Shown here one piece after another: positions 46,906-56,667 of a DNA stretch of 64,000 nucleotides. The translations under genes were made by a program, and so were the position numbers. The DNA lies in IMG/VR virus record IMGVR_UViG_3300032373_000001, one strand, 5' to 3'. The notes under the pieces are model-generated. The model saw nothing but the letters and a program-made list of their open reading frames with translations. It was not told the DNA's origin and ran no database searches. Numbering within the stretch: position 1 is the stretch's first letter; each line of letters begins with the position of its first letter. The stretch comes from a virus. Its lineage: Duplodnaviria; Caudoviricetes.

Positions 46906-49323
46906 CTATACGTCGAGCTTCCAGCCACCGAAGAGGACCTCCGCCAACTTCTCCGCGGAGACCTCTTCGTCGATGAAGTCTTCCATATGAGAGGCGGTCA
47001 GGTCAAACTCCGTGGGGTCGTAGTTGTTGGCCTGGAACAGAGCAGCAGTGCGCTCCTCGTCCGGCGCGTTGGCCATCTTGATGTTGGCCTGTTTCTGAGC
47101 CTTGACGGCGACGGAGCTGGTGTCGCGGGTGAAGAGCTTGTTGTAGAGAGAGCACCGGTCCTCCCCGCTGGCCATCCGCCGCGAATGCGCGCACGTCCCG
47201 CAGCGCTCCATCTCCACCACCTTCGGGATGGAGTTTGCCCGGTGCTTCAAGGCTCCTCTCTCGCACCCAGTCACCCCGTGAGGTGAGGCATAGGCAGCTG
47301 CGTCCACGTACAAAAAGCCACTGCCTCCCTCGTGCTCCTCGCGGAGGGAGGCAATCCGGGGGGCTGCCGCCGAGAGAAGCCTCTCAGAGTAACGGTGCTC
47401 CAGGTAGTCGGTCAGGTCCTTGCCGGCCAAACCCTCTGCCATCGCCTGGCGTGCCCCCTTCAGGGCACTGAGGATCTGCCCCTCTGCGACACCCGCCTCC
47501 TTCTTCTCGGAAGCGGCGCGGGTGAACGTCGGCTGGTCGTACTGCTTGGCCTTCTGGGACTGATCAGCCAGGGCGGAGGTCTTCTTGAGCAGCGGGGCCA
47601 ACATCTTGATAGCGGCGGGGCGCTCGGACGCATCCAGCAAGTTGGAGATGAACCGTCGCAAGGTCTCCCCCCGAACGCCACGGTGCACCTCTTGTTCGAC
47701 GCGGGTGACCTTCTTCTTGAGGGTGGCCAGCTTGTTCGCTTCGCGTGCCTCAGCAGCCCTCTTCAGACTGTCTTCTTCTCGCTGGCGGGACCCAGAAGCC
47801 TTCTGGAGCGCCCACTCATCCATGTTCTGACCTGCGCCAGTCCCCTCGAACAACCGGGACCGGGACCGGGCGGCCAGCTTCGCAGCGACCTCCAGCTTGC
47901 GGCTGGGGAGGGCCGGGGAGTCCAGGATCCTCTGGGACACCGAATCCGAGAGGAACCCAGAGTCCCGCCAGCTGAGGATCTTACGCCGCGCTTCCTCTGC
48001 TTGAGCTTGCTTGTCCGCTGCCTTGCGGTTCTCTCGAATACCTTGAGCGCGGGCTTCCTGATCCCGCTCCCGTTCGGCACGCTGAGCAAGGCGGAGCATG
48101 CTCAAGGCCCGTTGCCCCTCAAGGCCCTCGGATGAGGTGCCAGAGTAGTTGCCAGAGGTGACCCTGTTCATGAGGATCTGCGCCGAACGGTAGATGTCAC
48201 CCGGCTGAGCCGAACCTTCCAGGATCCGGCGTGCGTCCTGCTCCGAGACGTGGCCCAGACGCACCAACTTGCGGAGGTGTTCCTGGGCGTCAGCTGCTGC
48301 CACTGCCTTGCGGTCTTCGCGTCGGTCGTAGACCTTGCGCTGCGGGGGCTGGTAGTTCCGCAAGACCTCTTGGGCCTCCCGAAGGCCGACACGCTGATCT
48401 GGGGTCAGGTTCCGAACGAATGCCGTCTGAGGGGCTTCCTTGTGGGGGCCACTCAAGAAGGCTGCTCGGAGCACCTCCTTGGGGTGACCCGAGGCCAGCC
48501 GGTGGCCGGCAGCCCTCAGCCGAGGGACGTAGTGAGCCAACGCCTTCTGCCAAGGTACACGGGAGACAGCTTTCTTGCCTGTGAGCTGGCAGCGCCCATC
48601 GTGGATCCAGGCGGCGTTTCGGAGCTGGTCTTCCGTCACGATCACGTAGAGGGCCTGCTTGGCGTAGCGCTTGACGTGACCGACGCTCCCCCGGTTGTGC
48701 CAGTCCGGGAAAGCCGAAGCACGGACATACACGTTCCCGTGCAGACCGTGCTCGGCCCGGATCCGGTCCAGCGAGGCGTCGAGCTTGTGAGCTTCCAGCC
48801 CCACTGCCTCGCGCGCTTGGCGAACGATCGTATCGATGTCGTGTCCGGCGATGCTACGGCGCATCGCATGGGCGAGAATCTTGCGGGCGACCCTTGCCGT
48901 GAGCTGCGCCTTCTGCTCCTGCACGTCATCTTCGAAGCGGGCGCGCTTGATGTCACGCTCCCAAGTCCGGACGCCGTCGGTGCTGCCGCCCCAAGCCTCC
49001 TCCAGCTCCGGGATGATCTGAGGAGTTTCCGGCAGCCGCTCGGGATCTTGAAGTTGGGTGGGGTCCAGCCAACTCAAGTCAGCCAACCCGTCCTCGTCCA
49101 AGAAGTCGAGGTTGAGGTTGGCGGACCCTGCGCGAGCAAGACCGTCTGGCAGGGCCGGGGCAGGGTGATGCTCCGGATCCAGCACGCCCCCCAAGACCCC
49201 CGCGCCATAATCCAAGGTGGGAAAGCCGTCCAGACCATAGTTGCTGCCCAGCGTGGGGGTCAGCAGGTCTTCGGGGATGTGGCTCTCGCCCAGGAGGTCC
49301 AGATCCGCGTTCTTGTCAGACAT
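46906..49323 (-). CDS. Large head-cluster hypothetical protein with internal repeats and C-terminal Cys cluster
   Basis: 805 aa; two G[HF].S.....RIL repeats; C...CGTC...C near the C-terminus. Confidence 0.75.
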   Translation of the reverse strand: MSDKNADLDLLGESHIPEDLLTPTLGSNYGLDGFPTLDYGAGVLGGVLDPEHHPAPALPDGLARAGSANLNLDFLDEDGLADLSWLDPTQLQDPERLPETPQIIPELEEAWGGSTDGVRTWERDIKRARFEDDVQEQKAQLTARVARKILAHAMRRSIAGHDIDTIVRQAREAVGLEAHKLDASLDRIRAEHGLHGNVYVRASAFPDWHNRGSVGHVKRYAKQALYVIVTEDQLRNAAWIHDGRCQLTGKKAVSRVPWQKALAHYVPRLRAAGHRLASGHPKEVLRAAFLSGPHKEAPQTAFVRNLTPDQRVGLREAQEVLRNYQPPQRKVYDRREDRKAVAAADAQEHLRKLVRLGHVSEQDARRILEGSAQPGDIYRSAQILMNRVTSGNYSGTSSEGLEGQRALSMLRLAQRAERERDQEARAQGIRENRKAADKQAQAEEARRKILSWRDSGFLSDSVSQRILDSPALPSRKLEVAAKLAARSRSRLFEGTGAGQNMDEWALQKASGSRQREEDSLKRAAEAREANKLATLKKKVTRVEQEVHRGVRGETLRRFISNLLDASERPAAIKMLAPLLKKTSALADQSQKAKQYDQPTFTRAASEKKEAGVAEGQILSALKGARQAMAEGLAGKDLTDYLEHRYSERLLSAAAPRIASLREEHEGGSGFLYVDAAAYASPHGVTGCERGALKHRANSIPKVVEMERCGTCAHSRRMASGEDRCSLYNKLFTRDTSSVAVKAQKQANIKMANAPDEERTAALFQANNYDPTEFDLTASHMEDFIDEEVSAEKLAEVLFGGWKLDV

Positions 49324-50038
49324 CGTAGTTCTCCAGGACCTCTTGAGTCAGTGCAGTGAACTGTCGCAGCTCTTGGAGCATCACCCCTTGCTCTGCGGAG
49401 GCCACTCGGATGTTGGGGCTCAACAAGACTGCCAGGGCCTCGCTGCTGGATTGAAGGCGGGCCATCAACACTCCACGGGCAGAGGCTTTCTTGCCGCGAG
49501 CGTTTTCGGCGTCTTCTTCCGCCTCCTCTTCCCGAGCCCACCCTTCGGGGTCTTCCTTGATGTCCTCAGCATCCTCGACGATCTCCTTGACCTCCTCTCG
49601 GTCGCGAGCGTCGAGTTTGTCTTCGGCCGGGTCCCAGTGCGGAGCCTTCAGCTCATCGTAGATGGTATCGCTCAAGGCACTCAGGACTTCGACGCAGTTC
49701 ATCAACTGGCGGCGCATGTCTGGGATCTTCTGGATGTAGCCCTTGCCCCCCAGAGCGCCGTCCGGAGAGATGTCCCGGGACTTGATCTTGACCATCCGCG
49801 CATGCGCGGAAGTTGCATGGCCCAGGGCCATCAAGGTCGACCGCATCACCACCGCCAAAGGCTTGAGGTACTTGGCGTTGAAGATGAAATCGTCATCGAT
49901 ATAACGCTCGCTGGGTCCGGTGGTGTTCCAAGCCCACTCGGACTTGTCCCCGGCACGGTCCTTGACGAACCGGACCTCACCAGCGGACTTGGTAAACCCC
50001 GCTCGGGCTACCACGCGCAGGGGGCTAACTCGGGGCAT
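49316..50038 (-). CDS. Head-cluster hypothetical protein with RVVAR tag
   Basis: Starts MPRVSPLRVVARAGFTKSAG; contains KKAS and RVAS; GAGGAG RBS. Confidence 0.75.
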   Translation of the reverse strand: MPRVSPLRVVARAGFTKSAGEVRFVKDRAGDKSEWAWNTTGPSERYIDDDFIFNAKYLKPLAVVMRSTLMALGHATSAHARMVKIKSRDISPDGALGGKGYIQKIPDMRRQLMNCVEVLSALSDTIYDELKAPHWDPAEDKLDARDREEVKEIVEDAEDIKEDPEGWAREEEAEEDAENARGKKASARGVLMARLQSSSEALAVLLSPNIRVASAEQGVMLQELRQFTALTQEVLENYDV

Positions 50039-50098
50039 AATCTTCTCCTCAAAGCAGGAGGAAGATAAACCCTCTACCGCTGGGAGACCCCGTCGGGA

Positions 50099-50716
50099 CT
50101 AAGCCTTCAGCGGCTCGCCCGTCTCATCGAACAAGCGGGTCAGCAGCAGGTTCCCATCTGCGTCCTTCTGGAAGTTCCAGAGGTCCCGATCCGCCTTGTG
50201 GATCAGGGTGTTGCCATCGCGGGCTGCCTTCACGAAGAAGTCGGTCAGGTCCCCCAACGAAGCCACACGGAAGCTCGAGACCGAAGATGCGATGCGGCCC
50301 CGCGGGTCCGCAGGCACTCCCACAGGTGCGGAAGCCTTCTTGCCTTGACCCGGGCGCAAGTACAGGGCACTCACCGTCCGGAGTTGGCCATCGTCCCACT
50401 GGACGAAGACGCGACCCTCATGGGAAGTGATGTCGCCCCCCGCACTGCGAACAGAGACCACTTCCCCGCCCATGCCGTTCCCAGGAGGGTTGTCCATGGA
50501 GAGGTAGGCTCCGAGGCTTCCGGCGAAAGTCACGCGGGTCCCTGCGGGGACGGGCAGCGACAAGGCGTGGGCCTCCCGGTGTTGGTCGGTCAGCTGGCGG
50601 ACCGACTCGAAGTCCTCTCCGAGGGCCTTGCCGCCAGCACCCTTGAGGAAGGAGTCCATCTCGGATTCCTCGCTCTGGTAGCCTGCGGCCATATCGCGCC
50701 AAAACTGATCGGACAT
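50099..50716 (-). CDS. Head-cluster hypothetical protein (SH3-like + C-terminal LIHK..DLW domain)
   Basis: GAGGAGG RBS; KKAS, RIAS, RVAS sites separate the two parts. Confidence 0.75.
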   Translation of the reverse strand: MSDQFWRDMAAGYQSEESEMDSFLKGAGGKALGEDFESVRQLTDQHREAHALSLPVPAGTRVTFAGSLGAYLSMDNPPGNGMGGEVVSVRSAGGDITSHEGRVFVQWDDGQLRTVSALYLRPGQGKKASAPVGVPADPRGRIASSVSSFRVASLGDLTDFFVKAARDGNTLIHKADRDLWNFQKDADGNLLLTRLFDETGEPLKA

Positions 50717-50750
50717 CGGAACCTCCTCTCAGCGGTGAGAGATAGTCCCT

Positions 50751-51983
50751 CTACCGGATCATCTCGTAAGAGGAGGAGCGGTCGGTGAAGTAGGGGTCCT
50801 GGATTCCCACCAACCCAAGCTGAGATACCGCCCGAAGACCGCCGAACTGGGGGTACTGCGCCAACTGCTCCTCGGAGAGGGCTGCTGCCACCTGGTCTTC
50901 CTTCACAGTATGAGGATAGACCCGGTGGATAGTGCGACCCAACGGGAGACGGAGAGACCAATCTGTGTAGACTGAGGCAGAGATGCTCCCCGTGTAGAAG
51001 TACTCTTGGGTGTTGTCGTGGTAGATCTCCTCGCCCTCACCCCCAAGACTGACGGATTCGATCTCCATGCCCTCGAAGCTGAGGCGGTCCCGCAACTTGG
51101 CCTGAATGTAGAAGAAGGTCTCGTCGGTGATATCGCTGGCAGCGTTGACGTCGCGGGCGGCGACGTCAATGTCCAGACTCATCTCGAACCTCCCCCCATA
51201 CTCCTTCGCACAGACCTCTCGGTACTTGCTGACCACGACCGCCATCTGATCGCCCTCTTGTGCCCTTCGCCCGAAGGCGAGAACGACTCCGGGGATGGCA
51301 GAATTGTTCGCCCCGTTTTCTTCCACGGCGAAGGGGCCAGTACGTGCCCCCGTGTAGTAGTAATCCACGCTGAGAGTAGTCCCCGAAGGGAGAGGCCCAG
51401 TCAGCACGATTTGGCCGGTGTCGGAATCCGCGGAGTAGTTGATGCCCTCGTACAAGGGGAGGTTGCTCGGCAGTTCAAACACATTCAAAGAACCCGGATG
51501 GAACCCTGCTTGGAGGACCTGATAGGTCCGAGGGTCCAGCTGAAGGGGGGACTCGTCGAGGGATTCGAGCAGCGGGTCCACATAGAACACCAAATACTCG
51601 CGGATGGCCCCCTGGTATTCGAACGGCTCCTCAACCACCGAAATGTAGTAGATCCCAGGGGCCGAGGGGAAGTCCCCGCCCGCCTTCTGAATGGCGCGCA
51701 CGTCTTCGCGGACCCACTCGATGCTCGTCCCAGGTCGGTTGTAGATCTGGGTCAGGGAACAATGAGAACTGACCCAGCCCTGAAAGTTGTCCGCACTGAA
51801 CTTCACAGGGTTCGCCGAACCCGCCTTGACGACGATGCCCTCTTGAGGGCGGGCCTCAAAGGAGTACTTGCCTTGGATATTGTCGACCAGGGAATCCCGA
51901 TACTTCGGGTGCTTGGCCCAGAACTCTCGGAGTTCCAAGATGAACCGACGCTTCAGGGCTGTAGTGAGGTCGAAGTGAGCCAA
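50751..51983 (-). CDS. Probable neck / tail-completion protein
   Basis: 410 aa, TTG start with GGAGG RBS, position downstream of portal, C-terminal alpha/beta pattern like tail terminators. Assignment is inference. Confidence 0.5.
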   Translation of the reverse strand: MAHFDLTTALKRRFILELREFWAKHPKYRDSLVDNIQGKYSFEARPQEGIVVKAGSANPVKFSADNFQGWVSSHCSLTQIYNRPGTSIEWVREDVRAIQKAGGDFPSAPGIYYISVVEEPFEYQGAIREYLVFYVDPLLESLDESPLQLDPRTYQVLQAGFHPGSLNVFELPSNLPLYEGINYSADSDTGQIVLTGPLPSGTTLSVDYYYTGARTGPFAVEENGANNSAIPGVVLAFGRRAQEGDQMAVVVSKYREVCAKEYGGRFEMSLDIDVAARDVNAASDITDETFFYIQAKLRDRLSFEGMEIESVSLGGEGEEIYHDNTQEYFYTGSISASVYTDWSLRLPLGRTIHRVYPHTVKEDQVAAALSEEQLAQYPQFGGLRAVSQLGLVGIQDPYFTDRSSSYEMIR

Positions 51984-52006
51984 GGGTTACCTCCTGTGGT
52001 GGAGGC

Positions 52007-52588
52007 TCAGTCGTAGATCGGGCCGCGATCGCGACGACGCTTCGGGGCACGACCGCGACGCTTGGCTCCATGCTTGTCGAGGTACTCGATGATGTCGTCG
52101 GCGGTGAGCCCCCGCTTCTCCCACTCGCGCCTGCTGAGACCCGCACCCATGTGGGGGTGCGTCAGGTCAATCTTGGCAGGCTGGCCCTTGCTCATGCGGA
52201 CTTGGTAAACCAGCCGCCCTTCCTCAGACTTGATGTCATCGGGCAACAGGCGGTCCCAGGTCAGCGCCCAACCCAAGAGCTTGGCCACCTTCTTCTCCGT
52301 GGCCGAGAGCTTGTTGAACACCGCATCCTGCTGCGCCTTGTAGATGTTGTAGGCTTCCCGCTCAACCTGGCGGAACAGGGTGCCTGTATCATACTGGCGA
52401 ATCCAGTATCCGTACCAGTCCGCCGCATCCGCGAAAGTGCGGGCGAACCCCATGGAACCCCTGCTCACGAGGTACTCGGCGAGACCCTTCGCATCCCCCG
52501 CCTGAAGGAACGCTTCGACCTTCGGGTCTCGCTCCTCAGACTGCTTGGAGAGGCCCTCTTCCCTCAAAATATCAGCCAGCTTCTTCAT
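52007..52588 (-). CDS. Hypothetical protein with leader family 1 (candidate head cargo)
   Basis: Starts MKKLADILREEGLSKQS at 52588 with GAGGGG RBS. Confidence 0.75.
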   Translation of the reverse strand: MKKLADILREEGLSKQSEERDPKVEAFLQAGDAKGLAEYLVSRGSMGFARTFADAADWYGYWIRQYDTGTLFRQVEREAYNIYKAQQDAVFNKLSATEKKVAKLLGWALTWDRLLPDDIKSEEGRLVYQVRMSKGQPAKIDLTHPHMGAGLSRREWEKRGLTADDIIEYLDKHGAKRRGRAPKRRRDRGPIYD

Positions 52589-52596
52589 GGTTCCCC

Positions 52597-54147
52597 TCAC
52601 AGGTTCTCGATGATGTACACGCCAACAGTGGCAGTGATGGCCCCCGAAGCATCGACGTCGAAGCCCGACCCAGCCTTGCTGCCTACCCCCAGAGTAGCCG
52701 TGGTTACGGGGCTCTCCAGGAGAACCGCATAATCTGCGCTGGGCTTAGGGATGTCGAAGACATACGACTCATTGGTCGAAGCCGCAAAGGCCAGGGTCGC
52801 ACGAAGGGTGCTTTCCCGTAGGGTAGGGGTGCCACCCCCATCGGTAGCAGCGCCTCGCGTACACTGCTCCAGGACCGCAGCCACGGTATCGCTCAGGGTC
52901 AAATCCCCCAGGGAGCTCCGCACGGCACTGAGCACCTGGGTGCCGCCCTGGGTCACGTCCCCGGCTTCAGGGCAGTTCTTCACGGCATAACTGCCGACGT
53001 TATTCAGGTTGACAGTCGAATCTCCCGCACGGAGGACCCCCAGGACCTCGTAGGTCGAGGTCGCCGTCGCGGGCTGGTCGTTGCCGTCGTCGTAGCTCAA
53101 CTGAAGGTTGTTGACCCACTCGATGTTGGCCAACCGGAACACCGCACAGTTGGTGATGTTGGCTTCCGAGGTGGAAGAGCTGCCCCTCCAGGAGCCTCCC
53201 CGGAAGGTCATCTCGTTGGAAGTGTCTGCCCGGACTTGGTAGCCCGTGTTGCCCGTAGCTACCAGCTCCAAGCCTTCTCCGAGGAGCCCTTCGACCAGGA
53301 CGTTCGAGCCTGCAGCCCCGCCGCCGGTGAGGGTTCCACCGCTCAGAGTGATGTCGGCGGTGGAAGTAGCCAGAGTGATGGCATTGCCGCCCGACCCCGC
53401 AGTGACTGCCGTTAGGGTGATGATGGCCCCTGCTACAGTCGCCTCCACCGTAGCGGCAAAAGAGTTCGCCACGTCGTTGATCGCCGCAGCAATCTCAGCA
53501 GCCACTGCATCTGGAGTGCCGCCAGAGACCGAAAAGTCATCGGCCCCCGAAGTGCGGGTGCTGAGTACTCCTGTGAGCACATTGCCGCTGAGGGTGAGGG
53601 TATCCCCCACGCTGAGAGGGGCAGCAGTCACCGTCGCGGTGCCCGTAGCGAAGGTGTCGGCTCCGATCACGCGAATGCACGCCTGAGCATCCTGGTCATT
53701 CTCGATCCGCAGGTTCCGCAGCTCTACCTTCTGAGGCGTAGTCGAGATGGCCGCCGAGATTTCCAGGGTGTCGCTCGCACCTGAGTTCTGAAGGGTCACC
53801 CCACCCGGTGAAGCCATCACCACCCCATCTTTCTGGAGCGTCAGGTTCTCCTGATACACTCCCGGCTGAATCCAGATGAGACTGGGAGCCGAAGAAGAGG
53901 AAGAACTGGGGACCGCATCGAGCGCGTCTTGGATTGAGGTGTATTCGGCCCCGCCCCCAGCCCGGCCGACGAGGAACACGCCCGTGACGTTCCGCAACCC
54001 CACCAGATCCTTCAAGGATGCAGTGACGTTGGGGTCACTGAAGCGGAGCCCGCCATCCGCGGTATCCCGATCGATCAACCGGGTGCCGAAGGTGGTGGTG
54101 CCAGGTTCGACCTGAACCTGGTCAGTCAAGAGCGGGGACTGAGGCAT
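52597..54147 (-). CDS. Fibre/appendage protein with pectin-lyase-like beta-helix
   Basis: GGGAEYTSIQDALDA...IWIQPGVYQENLTL beta-helix cap; Ala/Thr/Gly-rich insert. Confidence 0.7.
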   Translation of the reverse strand: MPQSPLLTDQVQVEPGTTTFGTRLIDRDTADGGLRFSDPNVTASLKDLVGLRNVTGVFLVGRAGGGAEYTSIQDALDAVPSSSSSSAPSLIWIQPGVYQENLTLQKDGVVMASPGGVTLQNSGASDTLEISAAISTTPQKVELRNLRIENDQDAQACIRVIGADTFATGTATVTAAPLSVGDTLTLSGNVLTGVLSTRTSGADDFSVSGGTPDAVAAEIAAAINDVANSFAATVEATVAGAIITLTAVTAGSGGNAITLATSTADITLSGGTLTGGGAAGSNVLVEGLLGEGLELVATGNTGYQVRADTSNEMTFRGGSWRGSSSTSEANITNCAVFRLANIEWVNNLQLSYDDGNDQPATATSTYEVLGVLRAGDSTVNLNNVGSYAVKNCPEAGDVTQGGTQVLSAVRSSLGDLTLSDTVAAVLEQCTRGAATDGGGTPTLRESTLRATLAFAASTNESYVFDIPKPSADYAVLLESPVTTATLGVGSKAGSGFDVDASGAITATVGVYIIENL

Positions 54148-54151
54148 CTAC

Positions 54152-54490
54152 TCAGCCCTTCCCGTGCTCGTCCGAGGCCCCACGGACCGGCCACCGACCG
54201 CTTGCGCGGGACTCCGTCTCAGCGCTGAGGATCTTGTCCTCATTGATCTCCTCCAGAGCCTCCAGCTCCTCGACGAACCCCTTGATCAGGGACTGAGCTT
54301 CGGGGCTCGCGGGGTCCGTGTGGGGGAAGGCACCTTCGAGGGACTTGGTCACTGCCCGAACGACCCCGCGAGAGTAGAGCGCGACCTTGTCCAAGCTGGT
54401 CAGGATCGCCCTGCGGGTCTCGTCACCCTTCGGGAGAGAGCGAGCCAGCCGCACCAGAGCCTGTCGCTCCTGCTTCGAAATCCTTTTCAT
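54152..54490 (-). CDS. Hypothetical protein with leader family 2 (candidate head cargo)
   Basis: Starts MKRISKQERQALVRLARSLPKGDETRRAILTSLDKVA; AGGAGG RBS. Confidence 0.75.
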   Translation of the reverse strand: MKRISKQERQALVRLARSLPKGDETRRAILTSLDKVALYSRGVVRAVTKSLEGAFPHTDPASPEAQSLIKGFVEELEALEEINEDKILSAETESRASGRWPVRGASDEHGKG

Positions 54491-56333
54491 CGGAGGTCCT
54501 CCTATCCAGAGTTGCCGATAAGGAAAGGATTGCTCTGGCGAGGGCCTCTATCGAGACAGTGTCGCCCGAAGCGGTCTTGAGGCTGGCGAAACGCCCTTGG
54601 CTCTCCTTGGGTTTGGCGTAGGTCAACCCCAAACCCTTCGCGAGCTGGGACACGACGTCGGAGTTCTCGACCAGCTGCCGTCCCGTGTCGCTATAGATGC
54701 CTCGCATCATCTCGTTGTATGTCGGATCGTTGACGGTCAGCCGGTCCCGCTCGACCTTCTCCCGCACAGCCACCGGATCGAGGTTCAGGAGCTCCAGGAT
54801 GGTGTCGATGTCCAGCGAGCCCTTCTGGTACAGGTTGTAGAGCGCGTCGAAGGTGTCCCGGTTGTCCCGCAGGGCAAGGCGGGTGAAGCTCAGGGAGGGG
54901 ACCAAGACAATCTTATCCCCGTCCTCGTCTTCCTCCACAAAGCCCATACGAGCACACATAGGACGCAAGAGGATTTCTTCCACCAGTTTCTGGAGCTGCT
55001 CTCGCAAGAGCATGTAGCGGGTGTTGATGGCCTCCAGGTTCACCCGGTCCCCGGAATAAGAGCCCTCTCCTGTCAGGAGGCTCTCCGTGATGCCCAGGCC
55101 CGCATACAACTGACGGTTGGTCAGCTCATACTCGCCGTCCAGGTTCAAGAGGCGCTGGTCTGCCCCCATTTCTTCCCAGCGGACCTCGAAGTTGGAGACG
55201 ATGGAATAATCCGGGTCCATCAGGGCCATATCGACCTGCTCCCGGAGGTCCTCCACGTCACCCAGGCTAAGATCTTCCCCGTACACAATGCGGATAGGGG
55301 TCATGTGCCGCGAGGCGATGGAGGTCTGAGCCTGACGGAGCTTGTCCCGATAGACCAGGGCTCGCATGCAGCACTGGAGGATCGAAGTCCCACGGGCCTC
55401 GTAGTCCGACTTCTTGTTGTAGAGGCAGTACACGAAGCTGCCAGCATACGGGTCCGTACCCAAGACCACGTTCCCACCCTTCCGGACCGCGTCGATCAGG
55501 TGGGGAGGCATGTCATCCACGACCTCCTTTGCCACCGGGTCTCCCGCTGCCGCCTGCTCGATGACCTTCTTGGTCTCGGAGTCCGGGAGCATCTCCACGA
55601 TCTTCTTGTCGGTGAAGTTAAACGTGCGGACCCTAATGTTCTCGGGGGGGAGGCAGACCAACTTGGTCCAGCCCTTGTAGTTCTTCTTCAGCCACTTGGC
55701 AGCGCGCTTGTCGGCGTCCTCGTACTTGATCCTCTTCTCTACAGCCTCACCATCTTCCGTCAAAACCCGCTGCGTGTAGTGAGTGATATCTTCCGGCATC
55801 TCCGGGTTCTTGTCCTCGCACCAGAGATACACCTCGCCGATGAGGTTGCGCTCACGGGTGATCGCCAAGAGCCGGTCCGTCAGGTCGATGCGCCGGACCC
55901 ATTTCTCACAGAAGCGCATCGCCGCCTCCGCCATCTTCCGATTCTTGGCGCGAGGGATTGCCAACCGTACCTTGCTGATCGGCAGGATGGAATGTAGGGA
56001 AATCGCCTGGCTGACGTAGGGTTCGTTCTTATCGAAGAAGCGGTAGTAGGCCCACTGCTCATGGAGGCTCTGGGGCAGCTCCAAGAAGTCCGTGGAGAGC
56101 TCCGGGGAGTAGAAGTTGCCTCCGGCTCCCATCACCGACCCGCCGTTGCCGAAGCCGCCTCCACCGTAGGATGCGGTCCGAGACTTCATCTGGCTGGAAA
56201 CCACCCGCCGAGGCGGGCCAGCCTTGGCCTTCTTCTTGCCGTCTCCGTTGGAGACCTTGTTGACCACCTGAGCATCATCTTCTTGCTGCTTGCCCAGCCG
56301 CTGGCCGAACCCCTTACGACGACCCATCTGCAA
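54423..56333 (-). CDS. Portal protein
   Basis: 636 aa two genes downstream of terL; FYSPE...YYRFFD..EPYV.QAI.LH, RGTSIL, helical C-terminal half. Confidence 0.8.
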   Translation of the reverse strand: MQMGRRKGFGQRLGKQQEDDAQVVNKVSNGDGKKKAKAGPPRRVVSSQMKSRTASYGGGGFGNGGSVMGAGGNFYSPELSTDFLELPQSLHEQWAYYRFFDKNEPYVSQAISLHSILPISKVRLAIPRAKNRKMAEAAMRFCEKWVRRIDLTDRLLAITRERNLIGEVYLWCEDKNPEMPEDITHYTQRVLTEDGEAVEKRIKYEDADKRAAKWLKKNYKGWTKLVCLPPENIRVRTFNFTDKKIVEMLPDSETKKVIEQAAAGDPVAKEVVDDMPPHLIDAVRKGGNVVLGTDPYAGSFVYCLYNKKSDYEARGTSILQCCMRALVYRDKLRQAQTSIASRHMTPIRIVYGEDLSLGDVEDLREQVDMALMDPDYSIVSNFEVRWEEMGADQRLLNLDGEYELTNRQLYAGLGITESLLTGEGSYSGDRVNLEAINTRYMLLREQLQKLVEEILLRPMCARMGFVEEDEDGDKIVLVPSLSFTRLALRDNRDTFDALYNLYQKGSLDIDTILELLNLDPVAVREKVERDRLTVNDPTYNEMMRGIYSDTGRQLVENSDVVSQLAKGLGLTYAKPKESQGRFASLKTASGDTVSIEALARAILSLSATLDRRTSDEKDFEAGATGSGAAGSLSPEG

Positions 56334-56667
56334 TCTCCTCCGCCGCCTGCTGCTCAGCCGCCCTCAAGAGGGCTTCTTCTCGCTCCTGTCGGACCCGTTC
56401 TCGGAGCTGTTGCGCCAGCTCATCCTCGGTCATCTCGTCGGTTTCTCGAGGGCCATTGCTGTAGGGGCTCACCATGCTGGGAACGTCCTGGATCATCTCC
56501 AGGAGCCCCCGGAGGTGCCGCAGGGTCCTTCGCTTCCGCTGAGGAGGTACGCCTACGGCTTCTGAGGCAGAGCGGAGTGCAGCACGGACCTCGGACTCCG
56601 CTCGACGAAGGCGGATCAGGACCTCACGGTCTTCCGCGCTACTCTGGCGGATCCGGAAACGAGTCAT
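56314..56667 (-). CDS. Hypothetical protein between terL and portal
   Basis: 117 aa, ATGA overlap with terL stop. Confidence 0.7.
   Translation of the reverse strand: MTRFRIRQSSAEDREVLIRLRRAESEVRAALRSASEAVGVPPQRKRRTLRHLRGLLEMIQDVPSMVSPYSNGPRETDEMTEDELAQQLRERVRQEREEALLRAAEQQAAEEIADGSS

Noticed and set aside
52751-52990. Plus-strand ORF containing ARVARRVL, similar to the RVAxRY tag
   Set aside because: Antisense to the fibre gene with no RBS; coincidental.
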